From NCBI RefSeq assembly GCF_003334785.1, contig NZ_QOWV01000001.1: a DNA stretch of 64,000 bases. The stretch is one strand, 5' to 3'. Below, piece after piece: positions 1-16,059 of the stretch; the stretch's first letter is position 1; every line of letters starts with the position of its first letter. The stretch is from Escherichia coli (GTDB taxonomy: Bacteria; Pseudomonadota; Gammaproteobacteria; Enterobacterales; Enterobacteriaceae). The notes beneath the pieces were generated by a model that saw only the letters and a program-made list of their open reading frames with translations, did not search any database and was not told the DNA's origin. The position numbers and the translations under genes are program-made.

Positions 1-106
1 CCGGAATATGTAAATCCAGTTGGTTCAGGACGATATTTTCCGCGTAATGTTTGCTTACTGCATTGAGCAACAATGGCGTGCCCTGGTTCAGACGAGCAGT
101 ATTCAT
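1..106 (-). CDS. ssuB: Aliphatic sulfonate ABC transporter ATP-binding protein SsuB, N-terminal fragment running off the window
   Basis: Minus-strand ATG at 106..104 overlapping the ssuC stop (ATGA); translation begins [35 protein letters not shown]; operon context ssuEADCB. Confidence 0.8.
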
Positions 107-894
107 ACCGTGGCCTCCTTCAAATGATAAGCCGGGTTCCAGCGCAACCAGAGGCGCTCTAACAGCTGCGCGCTGACGTCAGCCAGTTTGCCGAGCAGGG
201 CGTAAAGAATAATAGCGACTACCACCACGTCCGTTTGCAAAAACTCCCGCGCATTCATCGCCAGATAACCAATGCCTGAATTGGCAGAAATGGTTTCGGC
301 AACAATCAGCGTCAGCCACATCAGGCCCAACGCAAAACGCACGCCGACCATAATTGAGGGCAGGGCACCAGGCAGGATCACATGGATAAACAGCGGTATG
401 CCGGATAATCCATAGCTACGCGCCATCTCCACCAACCCGCGATCGATATTACGGATGCCATGCCAGGTGTTGATATAAATGGGGAATAGCGTACCGAGCG
501 CCACCAGAAAGATTTTTGCGGATTCATCAATGCCAAACCACAAAATCACCAGCGGGATCAGCGCCAGATGCGGCACGTTGCGCAACATCTGAATTGAGGT
601 ATCCAGCAGCCGTTCTCCCCAGCGAGATAGCCCGCTAATCAGTCCCAAAATCAACCCCAGCGATCCGCCAATTGAAAAGCCAATCAGCGCCCGCCAGGAG
701 CTGATCGCCAGATGCTGCCACAGTTCGCCGCTGGCGGAGAGCGTCCAGAACGCCGTCACCACTCCTTCCGGTGAAGGCAAAATACGCGTCGACAGCCAGC
801 CAACCGAGGAGGCCAGTTGCCACACCGCCACGATGCCCACCGGTAAAAACCAGGGGGCAACGCGCAATAACCACTTCTTCACTGGCGTTGCCAT
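103..894 (-). CDS. ssuC: Aliphatic sulfonate ABC transporter permease SsuC
   Basis: ORF 103..939 trimmed to the internal Met ([12 protein letters not shown]...), giving 263 aa as expected for SsuC; multi-TM permease sequence. Confidence 0.9.
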
Positions 895-904
895 TATTTC
901 TTCC

Positions 905-2050
905 TTAGCTTTGCGCGACTTTACGGGGGATAAAATCATTCGCCACCGCTTCGCCTTGCGGATTCAGCGGCTGCGGCTGGGGAATTTCCGGGATGGCGAC
1001 ATCCAGAAGCGGGAACAGCAACTCGCCAACCCGATACGCTTCTTCCAGATGCGGATAGCCCGAAAGCACAAAACTGTCGATGCCAAGCGCGGCATATTCG
1101 TTGATTCGCGCAGCGACCGTAGGACCATCGCCCACCAGCGCCGTCCCGGCACCGCCGCGCACTAAGCCAACGCCCGCCCATAAATTGGGGCTGATCTCCA
1201 GATTGTCGCGCTTGCCGTTATGTAACGCCGCCATTCGCTGTTGCCCTACGGAATCCGTCCGGGCGAATGCGGCCTGTGCTTTGGCGATAGTTTCATCATC
1301 AAGATGCGAGATTAACCGCTCGGCGGCCTGCCACGCTTCGTCGTTAGTTTCACGAACAATCACATGCAGACGAATACCGAAACGAATTTTGCGTCCATGC
1401 GCGGCAGCTTTCGCCCGCACTTGTTCGATTTTCTCTTTAACCAGTTCCGGCGGTTCGCCCCAGGTGAGGTAGAGATCAACCTGTTCTGCCGCCAGCTCCT
1501 GGGCGACATCTGACGATCCGCCAAAGTAAAGTGGCGGATACGGCTGTTGAATCGCCGGGAAGAGCAGTTTTGCTCCGCGCACATGAATATGTTTACCGTT
1601 GAAATCGACGGTTTCTCTCTGCAATAAACGCCGCCAGACCTGGGTAAATTCCGCCGAGGCTTCGTAGCGCTCGCTATGATCAAGGAACACTCCGTCGCCT
1701 GCCAGCTCTTGTGGATCGCTGCCTGTGACCAGGTTAAACAACGCACGTCCATTTGAGAGACGGTCAAGCGTGGCGGCCTGGCGGGCGGCAACGGTAGGTG
1801 AGGTTACGCTGGGACGCAGGGCGACAAGAAACTTCAGCCGCTGCGTCACCGGGATCATCGATGCGGCAACCAGCCACGCATCTTCGCAGGAGCGCCCCGT
1901 TGGAATTAGCACACCGGTATAGCCAAGACGATCCGCCGCTTGCGCAATTTGTTGCAGATAACCGTGATCAACCGGGCGTGAACCTTCTTCCGTTCCCAGA
2001 TAATGCCCGTCACCGTGGGTCGGTAAAAACCAGAACATATTCAGACTCAT
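905..2050 (-). CDS. ssuD: FMNH2-dependent alkanesulfonate monooxygenase SsuD
   Basis: 381-aa ORF starting [19 protein letters not shown], matching SsuD length and sequence as recalled. Confidence 0.93.
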
Positions 2051-3006
2051 AATTGTTTTCCTTCCAGTTGAGTGGGCTGCCAGATGCGCTGGCGAATATC
2101 GACTTTTTTCGGCACCAGACGATTTTCATAAAACAGATCTGCCGTTTGCTGCTGTAAGGCGGCAACCTCGGCGTTAACCGGTTTGATGGTGGTAGGAGGG
2201 CGATGATCTAAGTAAGAGGCAATCACCGGTGCCGGTAAGCCCATCGTTTTTGCCAGTAAAGCGATGCTTTGCTCGCGCTGGCTGCGGGTTAACGCATCGG
2301 CCTCACTAAAGGTTGCCAGTACGCCCTGAATAAAAGCGCCGTTTTTTTCTGCATAGGGACGAGCTGCCAGATAAAACGATCCAGTTTGATTGAGATCGGT
2401 GCCGTCTTTCAGCACCCGCACGCCGCCCTGTAATAATGCAGCAGAGTAGTAGGGATCCCAGATAGCCCAGGCGTCAACGTTACCTTGCTGGAACGCGGCG
2501 CGGGCATCAGCGGGCGTCAGGTAAGTGGGTTGGATATCGGTAAACTTAAGTCCGGCCTGACGCAGTGCACGCAGTAAAAGGTTGTGTGAACTGGAACCTT
2601 TCTGAAAGGCAACTTTGTGACCTTTAAGATCGGCTACGGTTTTGATCGGGCTGTTTTCTGCCACCAGAATCACTTCGGCTTTGGGCTTCGGTGGCTCGAC
2701 GCCCACGTACACCAAATCAGCCCCGGCAGCCTGGGCAAAGATTGGCGGAATATCCCCGGTACTGCCGAGATCAATACTGCCAACGTTTAACGCTTCCAAC
2801 ATTTGCGGACCCGCGGGGAACTCCACCCAGGAGATTTTTGATTCCGGATAGCGTTTTTCCAGTAACTGGTGGCTTTTTGCCAGCACCATACCAATACTGC
2901 CTTTCTGATAGCCTATACGTAACGCTTCAGGCGAGGATTCTGCAGCAACCGCAAAAGTAGAGACGCTAAGCAATCCCGCCAGCGCCAGTTTAATGATGTT
3001 ACGCAT
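2047..3006 (-). CDS. ssuA: Aliphatic sulfonate periplasmic binding protein SsuA
   Basis: ORF 2047..3048 trimmed to [21 protein letters not shown] (signal peptide), 319 aa; overlaps the ssuE stop. Confidence 0.9.
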
Positions 3007-3574
3007 GGGCATTACCTCGCAGAGACAGAAGGTCAGGAACCTGAACATCGCGGCGGTGCAATGCCTGCCAGAAAGTTTCTAGCGCGGTATCAAGACGGGT
3101 TTGCAGATTTGGCGTGAACTGGGGTCTGTGATGGTAATCAATTACTTGTGAGTCATCGGCAAACACGCCGTGCAGGATCTCCTGAGCTTTCAGTGCGCTT
3201 AAAACTGGTTTAAGGGCATAATCGACCGCCAGCAGATGGGCCACGGTACCGCCCGTCGCCAGCGGTAGCACCACTTTGCCTTGCAAAGCGCGTTCTGGCA
3301 GCAGGTCGAGCAGGGTTTTCAACGCACCGGAATAGGCGGCTTTATACACAGGCGTGGCGACAATCAGCCCATCGGCCTGTTGCAGCTGTTCGGTGAAGGT
3401 CTTGAGTGCCGGACTATCGAAACGAGCATAAAGTAGATCTTCCGGGGCGAAGTTTTGCAGATTCCAGTGATAAACCTCTACATCCAGGCCATTTAGTTTT
3501 TCCCGCGCATATTCCAGCAAGGAGCTGGAGCGAGAAGGAAAGCGAGGACTACCCGCCAGGGTGATGACACGCAT
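2999..3574 (-). CDS. ssuE: NADPH-dependent FMN reductase SsuE
   Basis: 191-aa ORF (MRVITLAGSPRFPSRSS...), first gene of the ssu operon on the minus strand. Confidence 0.92.
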   Translation of the reverse strand: MRVITLAGSPRFPSRSSSLLEYAREKLNGLDVEVYHWNLQNFAPEDLLYARFDSPALKTFTEQLQQADGLIVATPVYKAAYSGALKTLLDLLPERALQGKVVLPLATGGTVAHLLAVDYALKPVLSALKAQEILHGVFADDSQVIDYHHRPQFTPNLQTRLDTALETFWQALHRRDVQVPDLLSLRGNAHA

Positions 3575-3929
3575 ACTCTCTCCTTATAACCAATTGTTCT
3601 TTTTTTGTTAACATTGATAACAATTCGGTCAGTCTGTCGGAGAGACAAGAAAATTCCAAATATAAATTTTGTGTATCTTTTTCTGAAAATAAACTAAAGA
3701 AAGGGCTTTATATATCACGCATATTTATTTATCGGATAGTCATTAGATGTTGAATCAATGAATTACTCGTTCAGTTAATATTTAAATATTCATGAAATCT
3801 ATAAATTAAAGATTTGTCACTTATTGGATTTAGTATGCTTGATTTAAATGGCGGACAATTATTGTTATTATTAAGTCTAATGTCATTTAAAGGCATTATC
3901 ATATTTACGAAGAGATCAGGATGATAACG

Positions 3930-4469
3930 ATGAAAAAAAGTGTATTGACGGCGTTTATAACTGTGGTATGTGCAACGTCCAGCGTTATGGCTGCTGATGA
4001 TAATGCTATCACGGATGGCTCAGTAACATTTAATGGTAAAGTTATTGCTCCAGCTTGTACCCTGGTAGCTGCGACGAAAGATTCCGTGGTGACTTTGCCA
4101 GATGTTAGTGCCACGAAGTTGCAAACCAATGGTCAGGTTTCTGGCGTGCAAATTGATGTGCCAATTGAATTAAAAGATTGTGATACTACCGTAACAAAAA
4201 ATGCAACGTTCACCTTTAATGGCACTGCGGATACTACTCAGATTACAGCGTTTGCTAACCAGGCCTCATCTGATGCTGCTACAAACGTGGCCCTGCAAAT
4301 GTATATGAATGATGGTACAACGGCCATCACGCCAGACACAGAAACCGGGAACATTTTGTTGCAGGATGGAGATCAGACGTTGACTTTTAAAGTTGATTAT
4401 ATCGCTACGGGGAAAGCGACTTCAGGTAATGTGAATGCGGTAACAAATTTCCATATTAACTATTATTAA
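3930..4469 (+). CDS. elfA: Fimbrial major subunit ElfA (YcbQ)
   Basis: ORF trimmed to MKKSVLTAFITVVCATSSVMA (signal peptide), 179 aa; fimbrial subunit with C-terminal ...NFHINYY; preceded by a long AT-rich upstream region. Confidence 0.9.
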   Translation: MKKSVLTAFITVVCATSSVMAADDNAITDGSVTFNGKVIAPACTLVAATKDSVVTLPDVSATKLQTNGQVSGVQIDVPIELKDCDTTVTKNATFTFNGTADTTQITAFANQASSDAATNVALQMYMNDGTTAITPDTETGNILLQDGDQTLTFKVDYIATGKATSGNVNAVTNFHINYY

Positions 4470-4551
4470 TAGAACTCATTAATTGTTTTATTAATTAGTA
4501 CCCCTCCAGTGTTCTGGAGGGGATATTCATATTTTTTAAGAGTGACTATTT

Positions 4552-5253
4552 ATGAAAACTTGCATAACAAAGGGAATTGTGACCGTAAGTTTAACGGCAA
4601 TATTACTCAGCTGCTCATCCGCATGGGCGGCAGGTAAAGGCGGGATTGGACTTGCAGCAACACGTCTTGTTTATTCAGAAGGTGAAGAGCAAATTTCACT
4701 GGGTGTACGTAACACCAGTCCGGATGTTCCTTATCTTATTCAGTCATGGGTGATGACCCCAGATAATAAAAAATCAGCAGACTTTATTATTACACCACCG
4801 CTATTTGTGCTGAATCCGGCAAATGAGAATCTGTTACGCATTATGTACATTGGAGCGCCGTTGGCGAAAGACAGAGAAACCCTTTTCTTCACTAGCGTAC
4901 GGGCAGTCCCTTCAACAACGAAGCGGAAAGAGGGAAATACCCTGAAGATTGCCACACAAAGCGTCATCAAACTTTTCTGGCGACCAAAAGGTTTAGCGTA
5001 TCCCTTAGGCGAGGCTCCGGCGAAACTGCGTTGCACTTCGTCAGCTGACATGGTTACGGTCAGTAACCCAACACCTTATTTCATTACCCTGACAGACCTG
5101 AAAATAGGTGGAAAAGTAGTTAAAAATCAAATGATTTCCCCCTTTGATAAATACCAATTTTCTCTGCCAAAGGGGGCCAAAAATAGCAGCGTAACGTATC
5201 GAACCATCAATGACTACGGGGCGGAAACGCCGCAACTCAACTGTAAATCGTAA
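4552..5253 (+). CDS. elfD: Periplasmic fimbrial chaperone ElfD (YcbR)
   Basis: 233-aa ORF with signal peptide and PapD-like chaperone sequence. Confidence 0.9.
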   Translation: MKTCITKGIVTVSLTAILLSCSSAWAAGKGGIGLAATRLVYSEGEEQISLGVRNTSPDVPYLIQSWVMTPDNKKSADFIITPPLFVLNPANENLLRIMYIGAPLAKDRETLFFTSVRAVPSTTKRKEGNTLKIATQSVIKLFWRPKGLAYPLGEAPAKLRCTSSADMVTVSNPTPYFITLTDLKIGGKVVKNQMISPFDKYQFSLPKGAKNSSVTYRTINDYGAETPQLNCKS

Positions 5254-5277
5254 GCCGTCTTCAGTTAAGAGAGCGAG

Positions 5278-8973
<3,696 letters not shown>

Positions 8974-8984
8974 CGCGTGAACGT

Positions 8985-9527
8985 ATGAAGAAAAAAACGA
9001 TATTTCAGTGCGTTATCTTGTTCTTTAGCATTCTTAACATCCATGTCGGGATGGCTGGGCCTGAACAAGTTAGTATGCATATTTATGGGAATGTGGTCGA
9101 TCAGGGCTGTGATGTCGCCACCAAAAGTGCATTACAAAATATTCATATTGGTGATTTTAATATCAGTGATTTTCAGGCCGCGAATACCGTAAGCACTGCT
9201 GCTGATTTGAATATCGATATCACCGGTTGTGCCGCTGGTATTACTGGCGCGGACGTCCTTTTTAGCGGCGAGGCTGACACCCTTGCGCCGACACTGCTCA
9301 AACTAACTGACACAGGCGGAAGCGGTGGTATGGCAACGGGGATTGCCGTGCAAATTCTTGATGCGCAAAGTCAGCAAGAAATCCCGCTCAATCAGGTCCA
9401 GCCTCTTACGCCCTTAAAAGCCGGGGATAACACACTCAAATATCAACTTCGTTATAAGTCCACAAAGGCGGGAGCAACGGGCGGTAATGCGACGGCGGTT
9501 CTCTATTTTGATCTGGTTTACCAGTGA
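8985..9527 (+). CDS. ycbU: Fimbrial-like protein YcbU
   Basis: 180-aa ORF with signal peptide and fimbrial subunit-like sequence. Confidence 0.88.
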   Translation: MKKKTIFQCVILFFSILNIHVGMAGPEQVSMHIYGNVVDQGCDVATKSALQNIHIGDFNISDFQAANTVSTAADLNIDITGCAAGITGADVLFSGEADTLAPTLLKLTDTGGSGGMATGIAVQILDAQSQQEIPLNQVQPLTPLKAGDNTLKYQLRYKSTKAGATGGNATAVLYFDLVYQ

Positions 9528-9534
9528 AGGAGTG

Positions 9535-10050
9535 ATGTTGAAACGGATAATCTGGATTCTGTTCTTATTGGGATTAACGTGGGGCTGTGAGCTATTTGCC
9601 CATGATGGCACGGTCAACATTAGCGGATCGTTTCGCCGTAATACATGCGTGCTGGCACAGGATAGCAAGCAAATCAATGTGCAGTTAGGCGATGTCTCGC
9701 TGACACGTTTTTCTCATGGGAATTATGGCCCGGAGAAATCTTTCATCATTAATTTGCAGGATTGCGGAACAGATGTCAGCACGGTTGACGTCACCTTTTC
9801 AGGAACCCCCGACGGAGTGCAGAGCGAAATGTTGTCCATTGAAAGTGGTACGGATGCAGCCAGCGGGCTGGCAATTGCGATTCTGGATGATGCGAAGATA
9901 TTGATTCCGCTTAACCAGGCGAGTAAAGACTACAGCCTACATAGCGGTAAGGTGCCATTAACTTTTTATGCGCAATTGCGACCTGTCAATAGCGATGTGC
10001 AGTCGGGTAAAGTGAATGCCAGCGCGACATTTGTACTTCATTATGACTAA
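9535..10050 (+). CDS. ycbV: Fimbrial-like protein YcbV
   Basis: ORF 9487..10050 trimmed to MLKRIIWILFLLGL (ATG at 9535 after a GGAG Shine-Dalgarno), 171 aa. Confidence 0.85.
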   Translation: MLKRIIWILFLLGLTWGCELFAHDGTVNISGSFRRNTCVLAQDSKQINVQLGDVSLTRFSHGNYGPEKSFIINLQDCGTDVSTVDVTFSGTPDGVQSEMLSIESGTDAASGLAIAILDDAKILIPLNQASKDYSLHSGKVPLTFYAQLRPVNSDVQSGKVNASATFVLHYD

Positions 10051-10753
10051 TACGTGGAACAGATTGGCGCTCTTGATTTTCGCCGTTTTATCGCTGCTGG
10101 TGGCGGGTGAATTGCAGGCAGGAGTGGTGGTCGGCGGAACGCGATTTATCTTTCCGGCAGACAGAGAATCGATATCTATTTTACTGACTAATACCAGTCA
10201 GGAATCCTGGCTTATTAACAGTAAAATCAACCGCCCAACGCGTTGGGCCGGGGGGGAAGCGTCGACAGTGCCAGCACCATTACTGGCCGCTCCGCCACTT
10301 ATTCTCCTGAAGCCCGGTACGACAGGCACGTTGCGCTTGCTGAGAACGGAAAGCGACATCTTGCCTGTGGATCGCGAAACGCTATTTGAGTTAAGCATTG
10401 CCAGCGTGCCATCCGGCAAAGTTGAAAATCAGAGCGTAAAAGTGGCGATGCGCTCGGTATTTAAACTGTTCTGGCGACCCGAAGGTTTGCCGGGCGACCC
10501 GCTGGAAGCTTATCAACAATTACGCTGGACACGGAATTCGCAGGGTGTACAACTCACTAACCCAACGCCTTATTACATTAACCTGATTCAGGTGAGTGTA
10601 AATGGTAAAGCGTTAAGTAATGTGGGAGTTGTGCCGCCTAAAAGCCAGCGTCAGACAAGCTGGTGTCAGGCAATCGCACCGTGTCATGTCGCCTGGCGGG
10701 CGATAAATGATTACGGCGGGTTGAGTGCAAAGAAGGAGCAAAATCTGCCCTGA
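10043..10753 (+). CDS. ycbF: Fimbrial chaperone YcbF
   Basis: ORF 10016..10753 trimmed to MTNTWNRLALLIFAVLSLL, 236 aa, PapD-like chaperone. Confidence 0.85.
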   Translation: MTNTWNRLALLIFAVLSLLVAGELQAGVVVGGTRFIFPADRESISILLTNTSQESWLINSKINRPTRWAGGEASTVPAPLLAAPPLILLKPGTTGTLRLLRTESDILPVDRETLFELSIASVPSGKVENQSVKVAMRSVFKLFWRPEGLPGDPLEAYQQLRWTRNSQGVQLTNPTPYYINLIQVSVNGKALSNVGVVPPKSQRQTSWCQAIAPCHVAWRAINDYGGLSAKKEQNLP

Positions 10754-10863
10754 AACAGGTTCGGAAAACGTTTGCGTTTTTTTTGCCGCAGGTCAATTCC
10801 CTTTTGGTCCGAACTCGCACATAATACGCCCCCGGTTTGCACACCGGGAATCCAGGAGAGTTC

Positions 10864-11874
10864 ATGTACTACCCCTTCGTTCGTAAAGCCCTTTTCCAGC
10901 TCGATCCAGAGCGCGCTCATGAGTTTACTTTTCAGCAATTACGCCGTATTACAGGAACGCCGTTTGAAGCACTGGTGCGGCAGAAAGTGCCTGCGAAACC
11001 TGTTAACTGCATGGGCCTGACGTTTAAAAATCCGCTTGGTCTGGCAGCCGGTCTTGATAAAGACGGGGAGTGCATTGACGCGTTAGGCGCGATGGGATTT
11101 GGATCGATCGAGATCGGTACCGTCACGCCACGTCCACAGCCAGGTAATGACAAGCCGCGTCTCTTTCGTCTGGTAGATGCCGAAGGTTTGATCAACCGTA
11201 TGGGCTTTAATAATCTTGGCGTTGATAACCTCGTAGAGAACGTAAAAAAGGCCCATTATGACGGCGTCCTGGGTATTAACATCGGCAAAAATAAAGATAC
11301 GCCAGTGGAGCAGGGCAAAGATGACTATCTGATTTGTATGGAAAAAATCTATGCCTATGCGGGATATATCGCCATCAATATTTCATCGCCGAATACCCCA
11401 GGATTACGCACGCTGCAATATGGTGAAGCGCTGGATGATCTCTTAACCGCGATTAAAAATAAGCAAAATGATTTGCAAGCGATGCACCATAAATATGTGC
11501 CGATCGCAGTGAAGATCGCGCCGGATCTTTCTGAAGAAGAATTGATCCAGGTTGCCGATAGTTTAGTTCGCCATAATATTGATGGCGTTATTGCAACCAA
11601 TACCACACTCGATCGTTCTCTTGTTCAGGGAATGAAAAATTGCGATCAAACCGGTGGCTTAAGTGGTCGTCCGCTTCAGTTAAAAAGCACCGAAATTATT
11701 CGCCGCTTGTCACTGGAATTAAACGGTCGCTTACCGATCATCGGTGTTGGCGGCATCGACTCGGTTATCGCTGCGCGTGAAAAGATTGCTGCGGGTGCCT
11801 CACTGGTGCAAATTTATTCTGGTTTTATTTTTAAAGGTCCGCCGCTGATTAAAGAAATCGTTACCCATATCTAA
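10864..11874 (+). CDS. pyrD: Dihydroorotate dehydrogenase (quinone) PyrD
   Basis: ORF trimmed to [21 protein letters not shown], 336 aa; classic PyrD sequence. Confidence 0.95.
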
Positions 11875-11905
11875 TTATTTCTTCGAATTCCTCTTTATAA
11901 GATAA

Positions 11906-11935
11906 TCAGGGCTTTATTTTCAGCCCTGGTTGTTT
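11906..11935 (+). terminator. Putative intrinsic terminator after pyrD
   Basis: Hairpin cagggct...agccctg followed by a T-rich tract immediately after the pyrD stop. Confidence 0.5.
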
Positions 11936-12047
11936 TATATTCATCGCTGTTGCTTATTTAGACATTTTGTACTTTTATTGTTGAGGTTATTAAGCGAAGC
12001 GACAATGGATTGTGTTGCTGCGGTTTTATAGGGTAGGGGAGAGGCAG

Positions 12048-12590
12048 ATGCGAATTAAACCAGACGATAACTGGCGTTGGTATTACGATGAAGAGCACGA
12101 TCGAATGATGCTCGATTTAGCCAATGGTATGCTATTTCGCTCACGTTTTGCGCGCAAGATGTTGACTCCAGATGCCTTTTCTCCCGCAGGCTTTTGCGTT
12201 GACGACGCCGCGCTCTATTTCTCTTTTGAAGAAAAGTGCCGCGATTTTAATTTATCTAAAGAACAAAAAGCCGAACTGGTGCTGAATGCACTGGTAGCAA
12301 TTCGCTATCTCAAACCGCAAATGCCGAAAAGCTGGCATTTTGTTTCCCATGGTGAAATGTGGGTGCCCATGCCGGGCGATGCGGCCTGCGTTTGGTTGAG
12401 CGATACTCACGAGCAGGTCAATTTGCTGGTCGTTGAATCTGGCGAAAATGCCGCACTATGCCTGCTGGCACAACCCTGCGTTGTTATTGCGGGTCGCGCG
12501 ATGCAGTTGGGCGACGCCATTAAAATCATGAACGACAGGCTGAAACCGCAGGTTAATGTTGACAGCTTCAGCCTCGAACAGGCAGTCTAA
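12048..12590 (+). CDS. zapC: Cell division protein ZapC
   Basis: ORF trimmed to [24 protein letters not shown], 180 aa. Confidence 0.92.
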
Positions 12591-13696
12591 CGCGCCAACT
12601 TAAGTGCAGTCTTCGGTACACAGCTACAGCAAAGAATGGTGCCATCATCGCCCATTGCTGATTTTTTCAGCGGCGTGACTTCGCCTTCTAAAAGCTGAAC
12701 ACGGCAACTTCCACAAATGCCCGCGCGGCAAGAATAAGGGATACGAATTCCCTGATTTTCTAATTGCTCCAGCAACACCTGTTGGTTATTTCCACGAAAT
12801 GCCTGTCCCTGCCAGTCAATATCTACATTTGCGTCCGGTTGTTGCGTGATGTTGGCGGTATCATCAGCGGCAGCTGCGCCGTAAATTTTTGCCGGAGCCG
12901 TTGCCAGAATTTCCACCTCATCGCCAACGCGAATCACGCCGCTATTACGGGCAATTAAATTCTGACCAAAATCGACATCGCCGTTATCCTGGGCAGTGCG
13001 GAAAGATTGCAATGTTTTTAATGGTTCGCCTGCCGGATGTTTTTGCCCTTTTTCTGGGCTGACGGTGGTGAAAATACAGCGGCTACAAGGTTTAACCACA
13101 TCAAACACCACATCACCAATGCGAATCACTTTCCAGCGATCTTCTTCCCAGGCTGACGCGCCGGAAACCACCAGATTGGGGCGGAATTGCTCCATTTTTA
13201 CACTGGCCGGACAACGTTGTTGGAGATCACGTAACGAGGCTTCGTTAGCAAGAAGGTAAGGATAGCCATCAGCAAATGACAGAGGTACAGTGTTGTGGCG
13301 TTTCACGCGCCGGGTCATTTGTGGCCCCACCCAGCGTAATTGCACTTCGCGGGAGAAAAATCCACTTAGCCATTTGTTGATCGCGTCTGGCGCAATTCGC
13401 GCGGTAAAATGTGTGCCCCAAACTTCGGTTGGTGCGTCTTGTGTGGCGAAATCAGCAAAACGAACATATGCGCTACTGCCATCTGGTGCGGTGAGATGCA
13501 AGCCATCATGCACAGGTGAAGGAGTAAACCGTACCATCTGGGGAAACTGGCGAGCGGTAATAAACGTACCGTCAGGTTCCGTGATCATAAAGATGCGATC
13601 GAAGGCCAGACCACTGACATCTGCCAGAGCATGTGTAAGACCAATGCCGCGCATCGATTTAACAGGATGAATAAAAAGCCGGATTAATGTCGCCAC
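12587..13696 (-). CDS. ycbX: MOSC/2Fe-2S domain protein YcbX
   Basis: 369-aa ORF with a C-terminal ferredoxin-like Cys cluster (CRAGICGSC). Confidence 0.9.
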
Positions 13697-13939
13697 GGTG
13701 CGGTCCTCAAATGAAAATAAGCCCTCAACTTTATGACATGACGCGCTTATTAGCTATAATGCGCAACAATTTTCTTAGCGCCTGTCCCATTAGGCTATTT
13801 TATTTGTCAGTTTGGCCCTGGGTTATGCTCGAAATCCTCACGTACTTGTGTACGCTCCGGTTTCTCCGCGCTGTCCATGTCCAGACTGACTGCAACAATT
13901 ACGCCTACTGCGGTAGGCTCTTAGAGTAAAAGTGACGAT

Positions 13940-16048
13940 ATGAATTCTCTGTTTGCCAGTACGGCCCGTGGGCTGGAAGAGCTGTTAAAAACTGAACTGG
14001 AAAACCTGGGGGCCGTTGAATGCCAGGTGGTTCAGGGTGGGGTCCATTTCAAGGGCGACACACGGCTTGTTTACCAGAGCCTGATGTGGAGCCGCCTGGC
14101 CTCGCGTATTATGTTGCCGCTGGGCGAGTGTAAGGTTTACAGCGATTTAGACCTCTATCTCGGTGTTCAGGCGATCAACTGGACAGAGATGTTTAATCCT
14201 GGCGCGACCTTCGCTGTCCACTTCAGTGGTTTGAATGACACCATCCGCAACAGTCAGTACGGCGCGATGAAAGTGAAAGACGCGATCGTCGATGCTTTCA
14301 CGCGGAAAAATCTGCCGCGTCCAAATGTTGATCGCGATGCGCCGGATATCCGCGTTAACGTCTGGCTGCATAAAGAAACCGCCAGTATCGCTCTTGATCT
14401 GAGTGGTGATGGTTTACATCTGCGTGGCTATCGCGATCGTGCTGGTATTGCGCCGATCAAAGAAACCCTGGCAGCCGCTATTGTGATGCGATCCGGCTGG
14501 CAGCCAGGAACACCGCTGCTCGATCCGATGTGTGGTTCCGGTACGTTGCTGATTGAAGCAGCGATGCTGGCGACCGATCGCGCACCAGGCTTGCACCGTG
14601 GGCGTTGGGGCTTTAGCGGCTGGGCGCAGCATGATGAAGCTATCTGGCAGGAAGTGAAAGCGGAAGCGCAAACTCGCGCCCGTAAAGGCCTGGCTGAGTA
14701 TAGCTCTCATTTTTACGGTTCGGACAGCGACGCACGGGTGATTCAACGTGCACGCACTAACGCCCGTCTTGCGGGGATTGGTGAACTGATCACCTTTGAG
14801 GTGAAAGATGTCGCGCAACTGACCAATCCGCTGCCGAAAGGGCCGTACGGCACAGTGTTGAGCAACCCGCCATACGGGGAACGTCTGGACAGCGAACCGG
14901 CGCTGATTGCGCTGCATAGCCTGCTGGGTCGGATCATGAAAAACCAGTTTGGTGGCTGGAATCTCTCTTTGTTTAGTGCCTCGCCGGATCTGCTAAGCTG
15001 CTTGCAGCTGCGTGCAGACAAACAGTACAAGGCGAAAAACGGCCCGCTGGACTGCGTACAGAAAAATTACCACGTTGCCGAAAGCACTCCAGACAGCAAA
15101 CCGGCGATGGTAGCGGAAGACTACACCAACCGCCTGCGTAAGAACCTCAAAAAATTCGAGAAGTGGGCTCGCCAGGAAGGGATTGAATGTTACCGCCTGT
15201 ATGACGCCGATCTGCCAGAATATAACGTTGCCGTTGACCGTTATGCCGACTGGGTGGTGGTGCAGGAGTATGCGCCGCCAAAAACTATTGATGCTCACAA
15301 AGCGCGTCAGCGTCTGTTCGATATTATCGCTGCAACCATTTCGGTACTGGGGATTGCGCCAAACAAACTGGTGCTGAAAACCCGTGAACGCCAGAAGGGC
15401 AAAAACCAATACCAGAAACTGGGCGAGAAGGGCGAGTTTCTTGAAGTTACCGAATATAACGCTCACTTGTGGGTGAACCTGACGGATTATCTCGATACTG
15501 GTCTGTTCCTCGATCACCGCATCGCCCGTCGTATGCTCGGTCAGATGAGCAAAGGCAAAGATTTCCTCAACCTGTTCTCTTATACCGGCAGCGCCACCGT
15601 GCATGCGGGATTAGGCGGTGCACGCAGCACCACCACCGTGGATATGTCGCGTACTTATCTGGAATGGGCAGAACGCAACCTGCGTCTGAATGGCCTGACC
15701 GGGCGTGCGCATCGCCTGATTCAGGCCGATTGCCTGGCGTGGCTGCGTGAGGCAAATGAACAGTTCGATCTGATCTTTATCGATCCGCCAACCTTCTCTA
15801 ACTCAAAACGAATGGAAGATGCGTTTGATGTTCAGCGCGATCATCTGGCGCTGATGAAAGATTTGAAACGTCTGCTGCGTGCAGGTGGGACGATCATGTT
15901 CTCGAACAACAAACGTGGCTTCCGTATGGATCTCGACGGCCTGGCAAAACTGGGACTGAAAGCACAAGAAATTACGCAAAAAACGCTCTCCCAGGATTTC
16001 GCCCGTAACCGCCAGATCCACAACTGCTGGCTGATTACCGCAGCCTGA
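13940..16048 (+). CDS. rlmL: Bifunctional 23S rRNA m2G2445/m7G2069 methyltransferase RlmKL
   Basis: 702-aa ORF ([25 protein letters not shown]...), exact expected length. Confidence 0.93.
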   Translation: MNSLFASTARGLEELLKTELENLGAVECQVVQGGVHFKGDTRLVYQSLMWSRLASRIMLPLGECKVYSDLDLYLGVQAINWTEMFNPGATFAVHFSGLNDTIRNSQYGAMKVKDAIVDAFTRKNLPRPNVDRDAPDIRVNVWLHKETASIALDLSGDGLHLRGYRDRAGIAPIKETLAAAIVMRSGWQPGTPLLDPMCGSGTLLIEAAMLATDRAPGLHRGRWGFSGWAQHDEAIWQEVKAEAQTRARKGLAEYSSHFYGSDSDARVIQRARTNARLAGIGELITFEVKDVAQLTNPLPKGPYGTVLSNPPYGERLDSEPALIALHSLLGRIMKNQFGGWNLSLFSASPDLLSCLQLRADKQYKAKNGPLDCVQKNYHVAESTPDSKPAMVAEDYTNRLRKNLKKFEKWARQEGIECYRLYDADLPEYNVAVDRYADWVVVQEYAPPKTIDAHKARQRLFDIIAATISVLGIAPNKLVLKTRERQKGKNQYQKLGEKGEFLEVTEYNAHLWVNLTDYLDTGLFLDHRIARRMLGQMSKGKDFLNLFSYTGSATVHAGLGGARSTTTVDMSRTYLEWAERNLRLNGLTGRAHRLIQADCLAWLREANEQFDLIFIDPPTFSNSKRMEDAFDVQRDHLALMKDLKRLLRAGGTIMFSNNKRGFRMDLDGLAKLGLKAQEITQKTLSQDFARNRQIHNCWLITAA

Positions 16049-16059
16049 AAGGAATAGTA

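Noticed and set aside
3575-3929. Long AT-rich intergenic region between ssuE and elfA, considered as possible foreign or mobile DNA
   Set aside because: No ORFs, no terminal repeats and no integrase; consistent with the divergent ssu and elf promoter region of a silenced fimbrial operon.
14993-15604. 203-aa ORF antisense within rlmL (with 14414..14917 and 14743..15030)
   Set aside because: Embedded antisense in a well-supported 702-aa rlmL gene; no start context; composition-driven.
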